From the NCBI GenBank assembly GCA_965637545.1, contig OZ281497.1:15872001-15936000 (forward strand): a DNA stretch of 64,000 bases. Reading direction: 5' to 3'. Origin of the DNA: Phallusia mammillata. Its lineage: Eukaryota. A model generated the notes under the pieces. The model saw nothing but the letters and a program-made list of their open reading frames with translations. It was not told the DNA's origin and searched no databases. Made by a program: the position numbers and the translations under genes. Shown piece after piece: positions 10,528 through 32,308 of the stretch. Position 1 is the first letter of the stretch; each line of letters begins with the position of its first letter.

Positions 10528-11219
10528 CCAGATTGGAAAGAATGGCCTGCGATTTCCCCCTGTAATCCGCGCAAATTTAGGCTTTTTACGTGTAAATTTT
10601 GTCCGCGCAACTTAGCACAGCTTTCGTAGGTAACTATAATAAACTTTCTTTAAAATTTTATATTTTCGTTGCACAATGAAGTTCTATGTCGTCACACGCC
10701 TTATTTCGCGAACAATCCACGTAAATCAGTCAAGCACATCGAAACTTACCGATCGTCACGCTTGAAATCTCATTTCTATTTCGGTAAAGTAGTCGTTAAA
10801 AGTACATTTATCTGTATTTTTAGGACGTAGTTTAAGCTATTATAGTGGCTGTCGGCTAGGCAAGTTACATAAAACAAATAATTAAAAACAGTTTAGAGCA
10901 GTTTGGCAATTATAACTTATCCCCACGAAACAAATCAGCAAAATGTTTGAACCGTTATGAAAATGAAAAATTGTAGAATCTAGCAGAACAGCTGCGTGCG
11001 CAATAGAGCAAAACTGAAAAATCGTCGTGTTTATTACTTTATTTAGTTGTTCTTTTTGTCGGCTGGATAGTCTTGCAGGCGTTGCGTTAATCGTTAAATC
11101 CACCTGTCAATCAAAAGTCTATCAATCTGCGCAGAAAATTGTAATTCCGCGCAAAAATCCGCGCAATTATTTTGACGAAAAAAATATCCTCCGCGCAAAA
11201 ACAAAACTTTCCAATCTGG
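10528..11219. mobile_element. Non-autonomous hAT-like element, 692 bp
   Basis: Perfect 13-bp TIRs CCAGATTGGAAAG / CTTTCCAATCTGG; exact 8-bp TSD GTTGTACG (10520-10527, 11220-11227); repeated subterminal CCGCGCAA motifs at both ends. Confidence 0.88.
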
Positions 11220-11503
11220 GTTGTACGATTGTTGGAAAGAATTCTAAATAAATATTTACATTTAAAATAACACAAGTTATTACTTTTCGGTAAATCTATT
11301 CACTGTAAGCCAACTATAGTTTAACAGTAGATTTTAAAAACAACCTAGTGCTTGCTTCAACCTCAAACAGTAATTCTGTACTTTCCATCATTATCAAACA
11401 AAGACGATCACTTGCAAAAGCATATTTTATGAAAACATTTCATACGTTTAATCATAAACATTACTGCCAAGGTAGTGGTGTATATAGAATACATCGTGTA
11501 GAC

Positions 11504-11720
11504 CAGGGGTTCTTAACCTGGGGTGCACGCACCCCCAAGGGGTGCGAGAACTGTTTCTAGGGGGTGCGGGGATGCTGAATCATTAAGGTTGGTTAGGTCT
11601 ATTCTATTTAGGCAATTACAGAAGGGGGAGCGAAAATTGGTTAGTGATTTGAAAGGGGGTGCGAAAATTGGTTGGTGATTTGAAAGGGGTGCAGCAAGGA
11701 AAAAAGGTTAAGAACCACTG
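11504..11720. mobile_element. hAT/Charlie-type MITE with an internal tandem repeat
   Basis: TIRs CAGGGGTTCTTAACCT / AGGTTAAGAACCACTG (1 mismatch); GTAGAC on both flanks; internal repeat of about 30 bp (GCGAAAATTGGTTrGTGATTTGAAAGGGG) at about 11620-11692. Confidence 0.8.
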
Positions 11721-12529
11721 GTAGACGTTTCGACAATTTCATACGTTGATGTCTAACTCTGAACTTTGTGTAACAATCGTACTCAATAAGGTAGGAGTTT
11801 GTTTGAAGGGAAGATTGTATTTATCGGAGGAAATGTGACTTTTAATTAAGGTAGGATTCGGGAATATAATAAAAATAGATTGAGAAACACTGATTCAATT
11901 AGGGCACATGCATACATACACACTTAACTCATTCCTTTTTTCAACTACACACCAGAAATGCAATATGTTTGTGTATGTGGTTGTAAACCAATTTTTAAAA
12001 CTTTTTTCCGACAAAATATTGTACAATGTAAATTTGCAACTTTTATGTTTATCCTATGTGCCATTATTGAAAATCATAGCCTAAAAAATAAACAAACAAT
12101 GCCAAAGAAACATGAACTGCTCAGCTGATTAAATCAGTTTAATGCCTATTAATACTACTACCGTGTATGAATTGGGACCTAAACATGCTTTTTCAAATTT
12201 CATGCTGATATTATGACCAAATCTTTTGTAGGGTTATTTTTTTGCAGTGACAGATGACCAACACAGTTGTTTGTTTGCAAGCTTGATGTGACATGTTTGT
12301 CCAGGCTGATTTTGTTCCACTCTCATTTTTGACTTTGCTTTGGTGTTATTTGGAATTTGTAGTAAATGAGTATTAATGTAATATAATGGTCATTTACAAC
12401 ATGAGATCTTTTGCACCAAGAGTGCACAACTGCTCATCTTCATAGCTATTGGCAGAAGCATCACAGTTCCTTATTTATCAAACATCCATGTTGTTTTAAC
12501 AGAATTTTTAGCTCTTCCGGCAGTTTTTT

Positions 12530-12594
12530 ATTGTAATATGCCAACGTTTCGATGTCCCATACGAAACACCTTCATCAGGGTAATGACATACAAT
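12530..12594 (-). ncRNA. Second identical hammerhead motif in the inverted pLTR copy
   Basis: Exact reverse complement of 12904-12968. Confidence 0.65.
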
Positions 12595-12903
12595 GCAAAC
12601 ACAAGTTATTATAAAGCGAAAAGGGCGGCGAAACACACATAAAAAAGGCGATAGAAAAAAAATCTAGCTAATTTAGAGAAACCGATTTTCACAAGCGAGG
12701 TTTCCTGGAGTCGTGGAACATACATTCTCACACCAACACGATGAACGTTAAAACGGACGTTCTAATGCCGATAACTTATCGGTCACTTTTGCACCATTGA
12801 GCCAGGTGTTATCACACGACCATTGGTGCGCACTGCGTTATTTCTATCGCCTTTTTTATGTGTGTTTCGCCGCCCTTTTCGCTTTATAATAACTTGTGTT
12901 TGC

Positions 12904-12968
12904 ATTGTATGTCATTACCCTGATGAAGGTGTTTCGTATGGGACATCGAAACGTTGGCATATTACAAT
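12904..12968 (+). ncRNA. Type I minimal hammerhead ribozyme motif in the pLTR
   Basis: CTGATGA (12920-12926); helix II GGTGTTTC-gtat-GGGACATC (8 bp with G.U pairs); GAAA (12948-12951) followed by CGTT (palindromic AACGTT helix III). Helix I arms ATTGTATGTC / GGCATATTACAAT are complementary. Confidence 0.7.
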
Positions 12969-13931
12969 AAAAAACTGCCGGAAGAGCTAAAAATTCTGTT
13001 AATACGTTATGCCTGGCAGCAACAGTGTATTCATCCATGTTGTTTATAAATTTCAGCCAAAAAAGAACTCAAAAAAAAGAAAAGTTCTGGGTGATTTTTG
13101 TTCCCCCATTGTTACAGTTTAATGCTTCCTGTTTGTTTTACGTTGTTTACACATTGAGTTTACAAAAGCATTGTGTTTAGACTAGTTTTTGACACCAAAC
13201 AGTTTCAATCCATGTATGGCCACTGGCAACAGGTTGTGTTCTACACAGTGTGTCTAGTAATGAAAATATTAACAAACACCAATATTACCAGGTATAAGTT
13301 TTGGCTCTTTGAATGGCATAAAGTATGTCTCCTTTTGTAGTTTATAATATTCTGACAAGTTCTAGCATATTGGGTTTGCAGACAGTTTTTAAAACAATGT
13401 GGTGGAAATACCTGACCTCACAGCCATTTTTAGTCAAATGAAGACTAGGTTATAGATCATGTAGTATAAGTAATAAAAAAAAAAATTTTCTTCTCCTTAG
13501 TGCATTTTTTTCCAACTTGATTTTCCTAATTCAAGCACATGAATAGTATTTGCTAACCACCAAGACAAAACTGTTGGTGTATATATACTACGGAACGTGT
13601 TATGGGATTGTTTTTGGAAACACCATACACAAGTCAGTGACTTTATAAGTGCCACATCAGTCCCTGATAACAGAGGGAAAGGAGCTTAAGAGTGCCTACT
13701 AGAGATAAAATGGCCTTGTCTTTTGTGGCTGCTAACTAAAATTGGGCATTGGAAGTTCACAAAAATATACACATGCCAATGTGTGCAGTTCAATTCTTAT
13801 AGTTGATGTTTGTGACTTTTAAGGATACTGTTGTTAGAAACCAGAGTATCAGCTGTGGTGGCGTTTGCATACAAGCAACAGACATAAGAAACTAGCAACG
13901 AACCGTCGGTCTAACAAACAATGTAGCAGGC

Positions 13932-14189
13932 ATGGGCGCCGGCAGAAAATTTTGCAAGAGGGGGCAAATTTTGGCTGATACTTTACCGCATCAAGAATTT
14001 GTTACATATGAAGCCATAAATCGTGTACTTCACAATTGAGTTGCCTAAAAGTTAAAGCATTGAACGATGTCACGAATCCCCGCGCTGCCACTTTAATTAG
14101 GTTTGCTGCTAAATATGTTAAATTGGGGTACACTGAAATTCCAAGGGGGGGCAAATGCCCTCTCTTGCCCCTACGTGGCGGCGCCCATG
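13932..14189. mobile_element. Short non-autonomous DNA transposon with GC-rich TIRs
   Basis: TIRs CATGGGCGCCG / CGGCGCCCATG; flanking 8-bp repeat GTAGCAGG (13923-13930, 14190-14197) with a 1-nt ambiguity at the left end; subterminal GGGGGCAAATGCCC..TTGCCCC hairpin. Confidence 0.8.
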
Positions 14190-15356
14190 GTAGCAGGATG
14201 TTTGCTAAGTACGTGCACATGGCGCTGTGATTAATCGTATGATTCGTTGTGTTGTGATGATGTAACCCGTGTCCCAATACGAAGCGAAGTGGGCGAGTGT
14301 GTCAGTTGAAAGGAATTATACTGTTTACAAGAATATGTTTTAGCATTAAGGTGTAATAAATTGGGTCCGTCAATAGTAACGAAATAGATTATTTCCTGCG
14401 CATTCTTCAAACGAATTTAGTAATGTGTGTTTAGTGTAATATAAACGGTGTTATAAAATTATACGTTTGTACTGGTCCGGCTTGATTTTGTGAAACTATC
14501 GTGACGAGATTTAACTAATAAACCGCAGCACCGTAAACGGCGATAAGCAATGAATCAAAATTTGTAGACCTTTCGTTCGGAATCCGAACCCGCCTGTTTC
14601 ACTTTCGTCACACCCAAATCGCTGTACCAAACAAAAACAATTATGAAACAAACCTGAACCGGCATATGCAAGCAGTTTCCTCTGGTAAAATTCAGAATGT
14701 TCGCAATTTGTAGAAATTTAGCAAAGTTGCAGGCAACAAAGTCGGTGCCAAACGGATAGAGGGCGCTCCGGACATTAGCACTGGGGCGGAAAGCGTTTGT
14801 CTGCTTGCACAAGCTGTTGTTTGTCTCGACCCGTGATGAGCTTTTTTCGTGAACTGCCGTTATCACAAAGGCTTGGCGTCAGTCAGCTGATGAGCGCAAC
14901 CCACATGATAGATTAGTCGCTAAGAGGCTAGGACGTACTGTGTTTGGATAAATTGAAAGATTGGGACGAATCCCTTTTAAATAGAAGTCTAGTTTTACCC
15001 TTTATACAAGTTGTGAGTATTGTGTTTTGGCAGTTTCGTATAACTTGGAGTGAGTTAATAATTAACTGAATTACATGTATGTGGCTTGATGATGCTTAGT
15101 CATCACATTAAACAGATTACCACCCAAAAGATTCTCTATGTACTTCAATTTTAACTGAGATCAGGTAGATAAACCTGATAACTTCTTGCTGTTGTTTGTG
15201 TTTTAAGTGTATATGTATTAGCTAACAGGTTTAGATTCATTCTCTTAATACTGATGGTTTGACCTTGATCAAAACTTGTTTGTTGGTTGCTAGAGATTCA
15301 TTCAGTGTTATTGCCAAAGCAACACCCGTTGCCAATATATCTCAAGTAAAGTTTCA

Positions 15357-17005
15357 ATGGGAAATCAAATAGCCTCTGATTATGAACTAAATGAAGATGA
15401 AGTGGAAGTTAGCAGTCAATCAGATGGAACACTGAGTGTGACGAACAGTAGAGACATACCGCAACACAGTCGACCTCACCATTCCCGCAACAAAAACAGT
15501 AGAAAACATAAGTCACATGTACGACTTGTGCCACTTTCAGGAAGCCCAAAAACTGTTGTCAGCACATCATTGCCAAACATGCCTATTTCAAGGGACCCTG
15601 TAAGTGGTTGAACCTTGCTTGCTCAAATCAGTTTGGGATGAAGCAAAAATGAAACATGCTTTAAGTATTCGAACACTGCTTTATCATTTTAAAGCCACCA
15701 ACATACTGATCCGTGTATGAAGTTGGTTTATCAAACTTAAAACTGCCTATATAATCTGTCACAAACTAGTATACAACGTTTTGCATTTTCAATTGAAAGT
15801 GTATGGGCACTAAATTTACAAGTAGACAACAAACAAACCTTTAATCTTGAGTACCAACTCAAATTAATAAAACTATAAGAAAATTTGTTCCAAACATTTT
15901 TGGATGAAGCCTTAGTTTCTAATGTCAAAGTGTAACGAAATAAATGTTTAAAAGGGTGAAGCTGCCAACCAAAGAATGTACCATCTAAGCCCAGGTCAGT
16001 CCTGCACTGCTGAAGAGCTAACAGAAGATGAACAGGTCAAATTAGCTCAACGGATAGGTTTTATCCACCACTTGCCAAGAAGTACATGGGATGAAAGTAA
16101 TATTTCAGGAAAAAAGATTAGAGAGTAAGTGCTTTTCTATACTTCTTTAAGTCATGCAAACTGGTGGTGCTTGTGGAGACTAATACCATGACATAAACAC
16201 AATATATTCTCTGATCTAGTACACACCCAAAATTTTAAACTGCTTGTTGAGTAGGTGATTAAGTGCAACTGACTGCAGTTTTCTAAATGGAATTGATTAA
16301 GTTTTCACACAATCTATGTATTTGTAATTGTATGATTAGTGGCTGGGGCATCTTGGAGCAATAAAAGAAACTTAAAAAAAAACAATTGACAGTGTTTTTT
16401 ACACTCTTTTGCCAAAAACTAAACCAGCTTTTAAAAGTGGGTTCCAGCATTAGTGTTGTACTGTGTGTAGACAATTTGTGAAAATAACACTTCTGAAACA
16501 GGCTTGACAGACAAATGGGCTCATTCTTGAGTTTGTATGCTGCAAACTGATAATGCATAAATTTAGCCAATAATTGCCTTGAACCTTTTATTCCACTAAA
16601 TAGCAAAATGTAGGACAACTACTGACTCTCTGAATAACATGTCTCTGTTTTAGAGCGAGCAGCAGATTTTTAGGTCAAGCACCAGCAATTTTTTCTAACA
16701 AATTCTGTCGATTATTATTTTTGTTTTGTACATAAAAAAATTTCTCATCTTTTTTCGGCAACTTCAGTGATATAATATGTTCTTTAAAACAAGGTTAAAA
16801 TTTGTTACATTTCAGGTGTTGTATATGCATGATTGATTTTGAACAAGATGAACCTATCCGGTACCTGCCCTGTATGCATTACTATCACCTTGACTGCATT
16901 GATGATTGGCTAATGAGGTCATTCACATGCCCAACTTGCATGGAACCAGTTGATGCAGCACTTCTTTCTACTTATGACAGCCCTGAATTAGACAACATTG
17001 GTTAA
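15357..17005 (+). CDS. RNF11: RING finger protein 11 (RING-H2 E3 ligase), 3 coding exons: 15357-15599, 15955-16124, 16816-17005
   Basis: The spliced product contains ELTEDEQVKLAQRIGFIHHLP..KKIRECCICMIDF..PIRYLPCMHYYHLDCIDDWLMRSFTCPTCMEPVDAALLSTY, closely matching vertebrate RNF11. GT-AG sites keep the frame; N-terminal MG. Confidence 0.95.
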
Positions 17006-17769
17006 ATTAGAGTGCAAACATTCATGAAATGTTCTGAATAGTTCAAGGCTTGTAACATTGGTCTAACACAAGAGCTCACTATCAGTGTACCAAGCACAGC
17101 ACTTCCAATTTCGCAATATATGTTTACTTTTAGTGTCTCCCTTGTTTGTTACATTTCTTACCTTCTTTGTTGACCTGTTTTAAATTTCTTTTTAGCCCTC
17201 AAAAGAGCTCCACTTGGTTTGTTAGTCATGTCACATAATTTATGAATTGTGTTTAGTTCAAATCCTTGTCATGGCTTTGTTGAAACTGTTTTTGTTTTGT
17301 TCTATGGTGGACTAGTAGCAAAGTTTTGTTGGTAAATGGAAATGTATGTCTGTCTTTGCTAGTGTTCTTCACTAATATTTGCTGTGCTGTTTGTGTTTTT
17401 TGCTTATTTGCACATGACAAGATCTTTAATTTGTTTTGAAGCTAAATCAAAAGTCATTGTCAAACACTTAAAATTGGCTTTTTCTCTGATTTCTATGGAA
17501 TGTTGTTCGGTTTTTTTATTGCCAATGCGCTATTGCCCTGATTAATCGTTTGTGCTTACCTTTCATTGTTTCATCAGTTGTTTTTCTGTAGCAGAACTGA
17601 TGACAAATGTTGTTTTTCCCTTTCTTATTTTGCTGTACTGACCAGAAATGACTGCCGGCAGTTCTCTGGTTGACCAAATTACAAACCTTCTCCATTTGTA
17701 TTGCTTTTGTGCTGTTGAATGACTAATATATCCGAATACATTGCAAAATCCAAGGATGAGTTTAGCTGG

Positions 17770-17806
17770 ATTGGCAAATTGGCTGGCGTTATTGGGTGGT
17801 GATTGG
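17770..17806. promoter_or_regulatory. Cluster of four ATTGG (reverse CCAAT) boxes
   Basis: ATTGG at 17770, 17778, 17791 and 17802, between the RNF11 3' end and the DOT1L 5' region. Confidence 0.35.
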
Positions 17807-19356
17807 GGCTTTACATAAGTAACGTATTTATTACGTAGAATGCTAATCCAACAGCTTGTTCAGTCGTGAAATGTAAACAACCAAAGCAACAAACTCTTCA
17901 GGTGCCAAATAAAAATATTGACACATGCGGCAGATTTTCTTCACAGGCCTTTTGACAAAGCAAGTAACAATTCTTTTAGATATGTGGAAGAGTAGTGTAC
18001 GTAAGCGAACGCCGAAGATTAATGGAGTTTTGTTACCCGTTGAAAATCCACAATAGTACAAATTTAAACCCAGGCAGAAAAGCACAACCACAGCATGGAA
18101 AGTAGGATGGCTAGTTTATAAGCCATAAAGATAAAATAAAGACAAATAATTAAACCTGACGTTACCGGAACCAGTTTTCGTTGTTTTAAATAAATTTTAT
18201 CGAAAAAGGATTAGGGACAAAGACAACACAGTAACAGTTGACCTGAAGAGGTACTTAATAAAAATTTACACCAACAAAAGATAAAAACATGGCGATCATC
18301 CGTATATTCACACCGATTCGAAAAATAGAAAGGGTCAGTGGGCGTAAATCCAGCAACGGCAATAATCCCGCGTTTCGTAGTATCACCTTTGAAACAGATT
18401 TTGTATTTGCAGGCCGACAAGAGCAGTAAAACATTTAGCAATGATCTATCATAATAACAGATTTGTAATGTAGTCGGACAGGCTTCTAAAGTTTGGTTTT
18501 TGTGATTGATGTGTAGTTCTTATTCTCTGTTACATACATACATTTAATATAACTGTTTCTTAACTAACTATTATACTGATAGACCAAACGTAAGATATTT
18601 TACACGTAACCTGAACGTGTACTTATCTTATATGCAGTGGCCCTCAATGCAAAACAAATTGTGTAGTAACTATAGCCAGAGACTTTAAACCAGAAGTGTA
18701 TAAATTTGAAAGTGTTTTTGATGTGTTTTAGGTGGATATTTGTACATTTATACATATTCAGTTCAGGCAAATGTACAAATGTGTGATTATGTAAGTTTTT
18801 CTCAATGAAAAATGCAATGAGTTCTTACCTGCTACAAGAGATATTTTTTGGATACTGTGTTTATTAAGCTGGTAAGTTGTGTGTTGTAACTTTTACAACT
18901 CCATGCTTATTATAGCAAAATTTGCATGGTTATAACCAAAGTATAAAAAGTATACTTTTTGTGCAAAAAAATAAATTGTGCCGAGTTGATGTAACTTGCT
19001 TCTGCCATAGATTTCACCAGTGCACATTTTATCAGACTGAATATTAATAACAAGTCAGATTGTTGGTCAAATAATAGTAAACTATAATTGCAGTAAGTCA
19101 TAAAGTTTGCTTTTAGACAGTTCAATAGGAAGGTGTTTGTGAAAAAAGATACCTAAGTGGAATATCAAACACAAATTGAATGAGACAATGTTACTTTTAT
19201 TGGTGCAGTAACCAAATTTCCATAACTTGTAAAAAAATACCAGTTCCTCTAACTTGTACTTTAGATATAAATTGAAAACTTATAAACAATCTGTTTGTCA
19301 CTACAAACCATTTAAATCTTATGTGTAAACATTTTTAGATGTAACACAACAGAAAC

Positions 19357-30830
<11,474 letters not shown>

Positions 30831-32308
30831 TTCTAGTAGCAAGCCTCTATCAAACAGTTCAAGTTCATCGTGCGAATTGCCAATCGTCATCTGCTACTGC
30901 TTTTTCAATGCAGCTGTTGCCCACTATACTTTGAACATTTGTTCCAGGTCTTCTACGATAACGAAAAATTTGTGCACTCGTACAGCGAAAACAACTCGCC
31001 TCTATGCAACGCTGATTTGTTTCTAGGAAAATCGACGAAATTAGATCCTGTAGGAAAGCAAAAGCCCGACCTCAAAAACCGTTTGCCTACGTTCCTTCGG
31101 TGTCCTCGTTATGCAAAGGCTGCACGAACTTCCCACTTGCTTTGGTAGCGACTGTCGGCCAATGAAACAAAACTGTGTCTTTCTTTAGCGTTTTTACAAG
31201 ATGTAATCGGCGTTGACGATGTTGCGCCGGTTTGACATTCGCGTGCCAACATACGCAGATTGCATATTCGTGTTGTTGATTTGACCTAGCCCTAGATCGG
31301 TAACTCGATATGCGGTTCAGGAAGCGTTGTGTGTAAACGGAGGCGCCGAACCTTGTTGTTTTTGATTTGTGTAGACGGTAAGGTAATATTGCGCGAAATA
31401 CGTCGGTCCAATTGATATGTCGCCTTTTTTATACAACACTGGATAGGAAATGCTTATCACTTAATTGCGGCCTTAAAATTTGACTTTAATACTTCCTTTG
31501 CAAATTATTTCGTCCCCGTCGAGGTCTGACGCCGACAAAGCAGCATAATCTCCGTTTTACTGTTGCTTTTAGTTTTTATTATTTATTAACCAGCCTCGTT
31601 TTTTGTACGAACATTGGTATTCAGGTGTCGATATGTGGGAGCGTTGTTTGTCTTTGATATTCGGCGATCCATTCACGGACTGGGTTTGGGTTCCGGATTC
31701 TGATCGCCGTGTACATATTTGTTAATACTCTTCAATTAGTATTTGATTTCCTTTTACATGTGCTGTATTTTTTCAGTTTAAAAGAAGTCGCAACTGAATG
31801 TGTTTTTGACTGTTTGTTTGCCACAGTGAAGATGCAGCCCATGGTCATCGGTCGAACTCAACTACACAGCAAAGCATAATACTGATTTATCTTTGCTTAC
31901 ATGCAAGTAGACTGTTACAAGTTGACTCTGTTTGCAGAAATTCTTATTAGTTTCACGGGGTGACAGTGAACAAATATGCATATCATGTCAACGGTGACCA
32001 AATAAAAGTAAATTAAAAGTTTAAACAACCGCCAAACTGCGGCATTTGTCAGTGTTGGAAAATAATGGCATAAATGCAAATACGGCCACAATGAAAACAG
32101 AGAAATCATGTTTGTTCTTTACAAAGGCGTGGAACGATGCGCAAAAACGATAATACTCAACACAAATGAAAAATCGATTAACGGGCGCTGAACAGTAGAA
32201 AAATCGTTTAGGTAAAAACGTCATTGCACAATGATTGAATTAAAAACAAATCGTACCAACGGCGACGAATTCACGCTTCACGGAACCCTCGACACGCTCC
32301 GAAGAACA

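Larger units (their letters stand above)
12497..13031 (+). mobile_element. 5'-truncated Penelope-like retroelement with inverted pseudo-LTR
   Basis: Perfect 162-bp inverted repeat (12496-12657 vs 12841-13002). The spacer encodes ETDFHKRGFLESWNIHSHTNTMNVKTDVLMPITYRSLLHH* (12678-12800), resembling the KR-x-FLES..MN..Y-x-x-L C-terminus of Penelope GIY-YIG endonucleases. A 14-bp direct repeat CATCCATGTTGTTT flanks it (12483-12496, 13032-13045). Confidence 0.85.

Noticed and set aside
12496-13002. piggyBac element (both inverted arms end in TTAA)
   Set aside because: The arms do not start with CC-type termini. The 14-bp direct repeat, the GIY-YIG-like peptide and the hammerhead motif fit a Penelope-like element better.
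14886-14930. Another CTGATGA as a possible hammerhead
   Set aside because: No helix II or GAAA follows; the same holds for the CTGATGA at about 17596 and 58213.
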